This document shows positions 61,261-64,000 of a stretch of 64,000 nt of DNA, piece after piece. The DNA lies in the NCBI GenBank assembly GCA_964384105.1, contig CAYLJV010000001.1, positions 224,001 to 288,000 of the forward strand, given 5' to 3'. The notes under the pieces were generated by a model, which was not told the origin of the DNA, did not search any database, and saw only the letters and a list, made by a program, of their open reading frames with translations. The position numbers were made by a program, and so were the translations under genes. This DNA is from Candidatus Hadarchaeota archaeon. Lineage in GTDB: Archaea; Hadarchaeota; Hadarchaeia; Hadarchaeales; JAGGTB01. Position 1 is the first letter of the stretch; the number at the start of each line of letters is the position of its first letter.

Positions 61261-62367
61261 ATGGTCGAGGTTATCGTGGATTTTCCCAACAAGAATGGGG
61301 CTGGAAGAAAAAAGGTAAATGTTATTTTTGAAGGGGATACTCTATCTGACCTTTTTGAAAAAATCACAGAAGGATACGGAAGATTGGTTGAGGGATTGTT
61401 TGATTTTGATCGGAAGATTCCCTTGGACCATGTAAACATTTTTATAAATAACGAGATGGCGGAGAAAAAAGAATTTGCCAGTAGTGAGGTTAGCTCTGGC
61501 TCTGAGGTCAAAATATTGCCATTAATAGCAGGAGGGTCAAAGAATAGTAAGCTTTTTGGATTTGATGAGGATCAAATCAAGAGATATAGTCGGCAGATAG
61601 TTCTTCCTGAGGTTGGTGGAAAAGGTCAGAGGAAACTTTTGGACTCAAATGTTTTGATAGTGGGAGCAGGTGGATTAGGTTCACCGGCTGCGATATATTT
61701 GGCTGCTGCGGGTGTAGGACGTATAGGAATAGTGGATGACGATGTTGTAGAGTTAAGCAATCTTCAAAGACAGATATTATATGGAACGGAAGACTTGAAA
61801 GATAGAAAAGTAAAAGTTGCAGAGAAGAGAATTCACGATATCAACCCTGAAGTTGAGGTAGTGACATATGATAAGTGTTTAACTCCCGAAAATGTCTTTG
61901 ATATCTTTGGAGAAAATTGGGATATCATTTTAGATGGTACTGATAATTTTCCTGCGAAGTTTTTGATAAATGATGCGTGCGTGATGGAAGGTATTCCTTT
62001 TTCTCATGGAGCTATTCTAAGATTTACAGGTATGGTGACTACAATACTGCCTAAGGACGGTCCTTGTTACAGATGTTTCACTCCAACGGCTCCTCCTCCT
62101 GGTTTGGTGCCTAGTTGTCAGGAAGCAGGAGTTCTGGGTGTAATGCCGGGAATAATAGGGTCTATTCAGTCAGCTGAGGTTCTAAAATACATTTTGGGTG
62201 TGGGAGGTCTTTTAAAAGGAAGGATTGTCTTTTTGGACGCTCAAGAAATGGAGTTTGAAGAATTTAAGCATAGTAGGAGGGATGAATGCCCTATATGTGG
62301 CAAAGAACCGAAAATTACTGATCTTGATCAAGTTGATTATGGGGATGTGTGTCAGGTTCGGTTTTGA
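61261..62367 (+). CDS. Ubiquitin-like (MoaD/SAMP) domain fused to a ThiF/MoeB/UbaA E1-like adenylyltransferase
   Basis: N-terminal beta-grasp ending 'VKILPLIAGG', then RYSRQ, GAGGLG, SNLQRQ, CYRC, SCQEAG and CPIC. Confidence 0.9.
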   Translation: MVEVIVDFPNKNGAGRKKVNVIFEGDTLSDLFEKITEGYGRLVEGLFDFDRKIPLDHVNIFINNEMAEKKEFASSEVSSGSEVKILPLIAGGSKNSKLFGFDEDQIKRYSRQIVLPEVGGKGQRKLLDSNVLIVGAGGLGSPAAIYLAAAGVGRIGIVDDDVVELSNLQRQILYGTEDLKDRKVKVAEKRIHDINPEVEVVTYDKCLTPENVFDIFGENWDIILDGTDNFPAKFLINDACVMEGIPFSHGAILRFTGMVTTILPKDGPCYRCFTPTAPPPGLVPSCQEAGVLGVMPGIIGSIQSAEVLKYILGVGGLLKGRIVFLDAQEMEFEEFKHSRRDECPICGKEPKITDLDQVDYGDVCQVRF

Positions 62368-62389
62368 AATAAAAATTTTGAGGTAAAAA

Positions 62390-63184
62390 ATGGGAACTAA
62401 AAAGTTTGGATCACTTGGCGAAAAAGATGTAACTAGGGCAATCTCCAATTCATTCAGAAAAACTTTTGAAGAATATACTGAGAGTGATGTGATAATTGTT
62501 GGCGGTGGACCTAGCGGTTTAATGACGGGGAAGGAACTAGCAGAAAATGGAGTAAAAGTGTTGCTCGTTGAGGCTAATAATTATCTCGGAGGCGGTTTCT
62601 GGCTTGGAGGTTATTTGATGAATAAGGTTACAGTAAGAGAACCCGCTCAAGAGGTATTGGATGACCTGGAGGTGCCTTACGAGAAGGCGAGTAGAAATAT
62701 TTATGTTTCTGATGGCCCACATGCTTGTTCTAAACTCATAGGAGCGGCATGCGATGCAGGTATAGAAATTCTGAATATGACTCGTTTTGAGGACGTTGTT
62801 CTTCGTGAAGGGAACCGAGTCGGGGGAGCTGTAATAAATTGGTCCCCAATAAAATCCTTGCCTAGGGAAATTACGTGTGTTGACCCTGTAGGAATGGAGT
62901 CGAAATTAGTCGTAGATGCGACGGGTCATGATGCGGAGGTTGCAAAGAAAATGGAGGAAAGAGGTTTCTTGGAAACTGTTGGGTATGGAGGGATGTGGGT
63001 TGAAAAATCAGAGGATTTAATTGTAGAACATACAGGGGTAGTTCATCCAGGTCTTGTTGCCACAGGGATGGCAGTGTCTACGACTTATGGACTTCCTAGA
63101 ATGGGACCTACATTTGGTGCTATGTTGCTTTCTGGCAAGAGGGCGGCGAATGTTGTTCAAGAGGAACTTAAAGAATTTAGATAA
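62390..63184 (+). CDS. thi4: Thiazole synthase Thi4 (Cys-type)
   Basis: GGGPSG, GGG.W.GG, ITCVDP, DATGH and [14 protein letters not shown] motifs. Confidence 0.94.
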   Translation: MGTKKFGSLGEKDVTRAISNSFRKTFEEYTESDVIIVGGGPSGLMTGKELAENGVKVLLVEANNYLGGGFWLGGYLMNKVTVREPAQEVLDDLEVPYEKASRNIYVSDGPHACSKLIGAACDAGIEILNMTRFEDVVLREGNRVGGAVINWSPIKSLPREITCVDPVGMESKLVVDATGHDAEVAKKMEERGFLETVGYGGMWVEKSEDLIVEHTGVVHPGLVATGMAVSTTYGLPRMGPTFGAMLLSGKRAANVVQEELKEFR

Positions 63185-63980
63185 AGATCGGATTAGAATC
63201 CACTTTTATGATGACCCCTCTACTAGACATCTCGATGTTGAAGAATTGTCTAGGTACGTCACTGAGAAGACTTCTTTTAGGAAGCCAGATGTTAGAAGAC
63301 CTCTTGTAGAAGGAAAAAAGATTTCAAAAAATGATTTGGCTCGGAAATTCGCAAAATCGAGAGTAAGGAATCTTGGGAAAACAAAGGAGGATTTTGAACC
63401 ACTTTATGGTGAAATTAGATTCGAGGAGAACCTTATCGAAAATCCAGGTAAGAATATCTCAGGTATTTTGTATGATGGATTTTTGCTGACTAAAATTTTT
63501 CGCGACCTTATTTCTGCGAATGAGCGAAATTATTTTCACATTCATATAATCTTTACAAACCGACTTTTTGGTACGTGGGATGATAATGATCGTAGATATC
63601 ATGCAAGGGTTTCTGTTTATGGATTTCCTACCATTATCTCTACTTCCGGCATTGTTGAGGCTCCCGCGAAACCAAAGGAATTTTACAGAAAAAAAAGGGA
63701 GTTAGCGAGTTTAGGGAATACTAGTGGGGCTATAGATCGAGCTAAAAAGAATTTTGAGGGGAGATTTGTTGAGTATAACGATAATCGATTAATGGAGATT
63801 ATGAAAGGTTATGCTATGCAAGCTGTCTTTTATCATTTAACTTCCAATCCATTTTGCGAAAAGAAATACTGTAGATTATACAATGCACACTGGCAGGAGG
63901 AAGTGCTTAGAGCACAATTAGAATCCCCTGAATTTTGTGAAAGTCATAAAAAAATGATTGAGAATTTGAAAAGTTACTGA
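63150..63980 (+). CDS. Putative metallopeptidase-like protein (DUF6775-like / archaemetzincin-related); start uncertain
   Basis: 'LYDG', '[15 protein letters not shown]', '[14 protein letters not shown]' and 'FC....[11 protein letters not shown]...FC..H'. Confidence 0.7.
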   Translation: MLFKRNLKNLDKDRIRIHFYDDPSTRHLDVEELSRYVTEKTSFRKPDVRRPLVEGKKISKNDLARKFAKSRVRNLGKTKEDFEPLYGEIRFEENLIENPGKNISGILYDGFLLTKIFRDLISANERNYFHIHIIFTNRLFGTWDDNDRRYHARVSVYGFPTIISTSGIVEAPAKPKEFYRKKRELASLGNTSGAIDRAKKNFEGRFVEYNDNRLMEIMKGYAMQAVFYHLTSNPFCEKKYCRLYNAHWQEEVLRAQLESPEFCESHKKMIENLKSY

Positions 63981-64000
63981 GATTTAGACTGTCACGGAAT

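Noticed and set aside
63054-63149. N-terminal extension of the last ORF deep into thi4
   Set aside because: It overlaps the conserved thi4 C-terminus; a later start (63150 or downstream) is more plausible.

Overview
This is a gene-dense chromosomal window from an anaerobic euryarchaeote-type archaeon. The unsplit rpoB, split rpoA'/A'', acidic proteins and frequent TTG/GTG starts suggest a Hadarchaea/MSBL1-like lineage (inference only). In order it contains: an Fe/B12-type ABC transporter, fprA, an M20 hydrolase, a complete group 3b NiFe (sulf)hydrogenase operon whose maturation protease is a multiply frameshifted pseudogene, Lrp regulators, a Zn-ribbon Cren7-like small protein, mat, the HMG-CoA synthase/thiolase/DUF35 cluster, secF/secD, nadX-nadA-nadC, tRNA-Tyr/5S/tRNA-Asp/tRNA-Lys, the rpoH-B-A'-A''-L30e-nusA-S12-S7-EF1a-S10 cluster (no EF-2), tRNA-Ser, archease/rtcB, a divergent type IV pilus-like locus with a degenerate ATPase, MgtE-like/TrkA-C genes, cgi121, RPA, aIF2b, zupT, an AbrB-ABC exporter unit, nmd3 and dtxR-feoB. 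The right end holds the most notable feature, a sulfur-handling island: tRNA-Cys, YeeE/YedE, TusA, an extended DUF169-like protein, SepCysS, a ubiquitin-like/E1 fusion, a Cys-type Thi4 and a putative metallopeptidase. I saw no CRISPR array, transposase, integrase or intein. All family assignments come from motif recognition by eye, not database searches.
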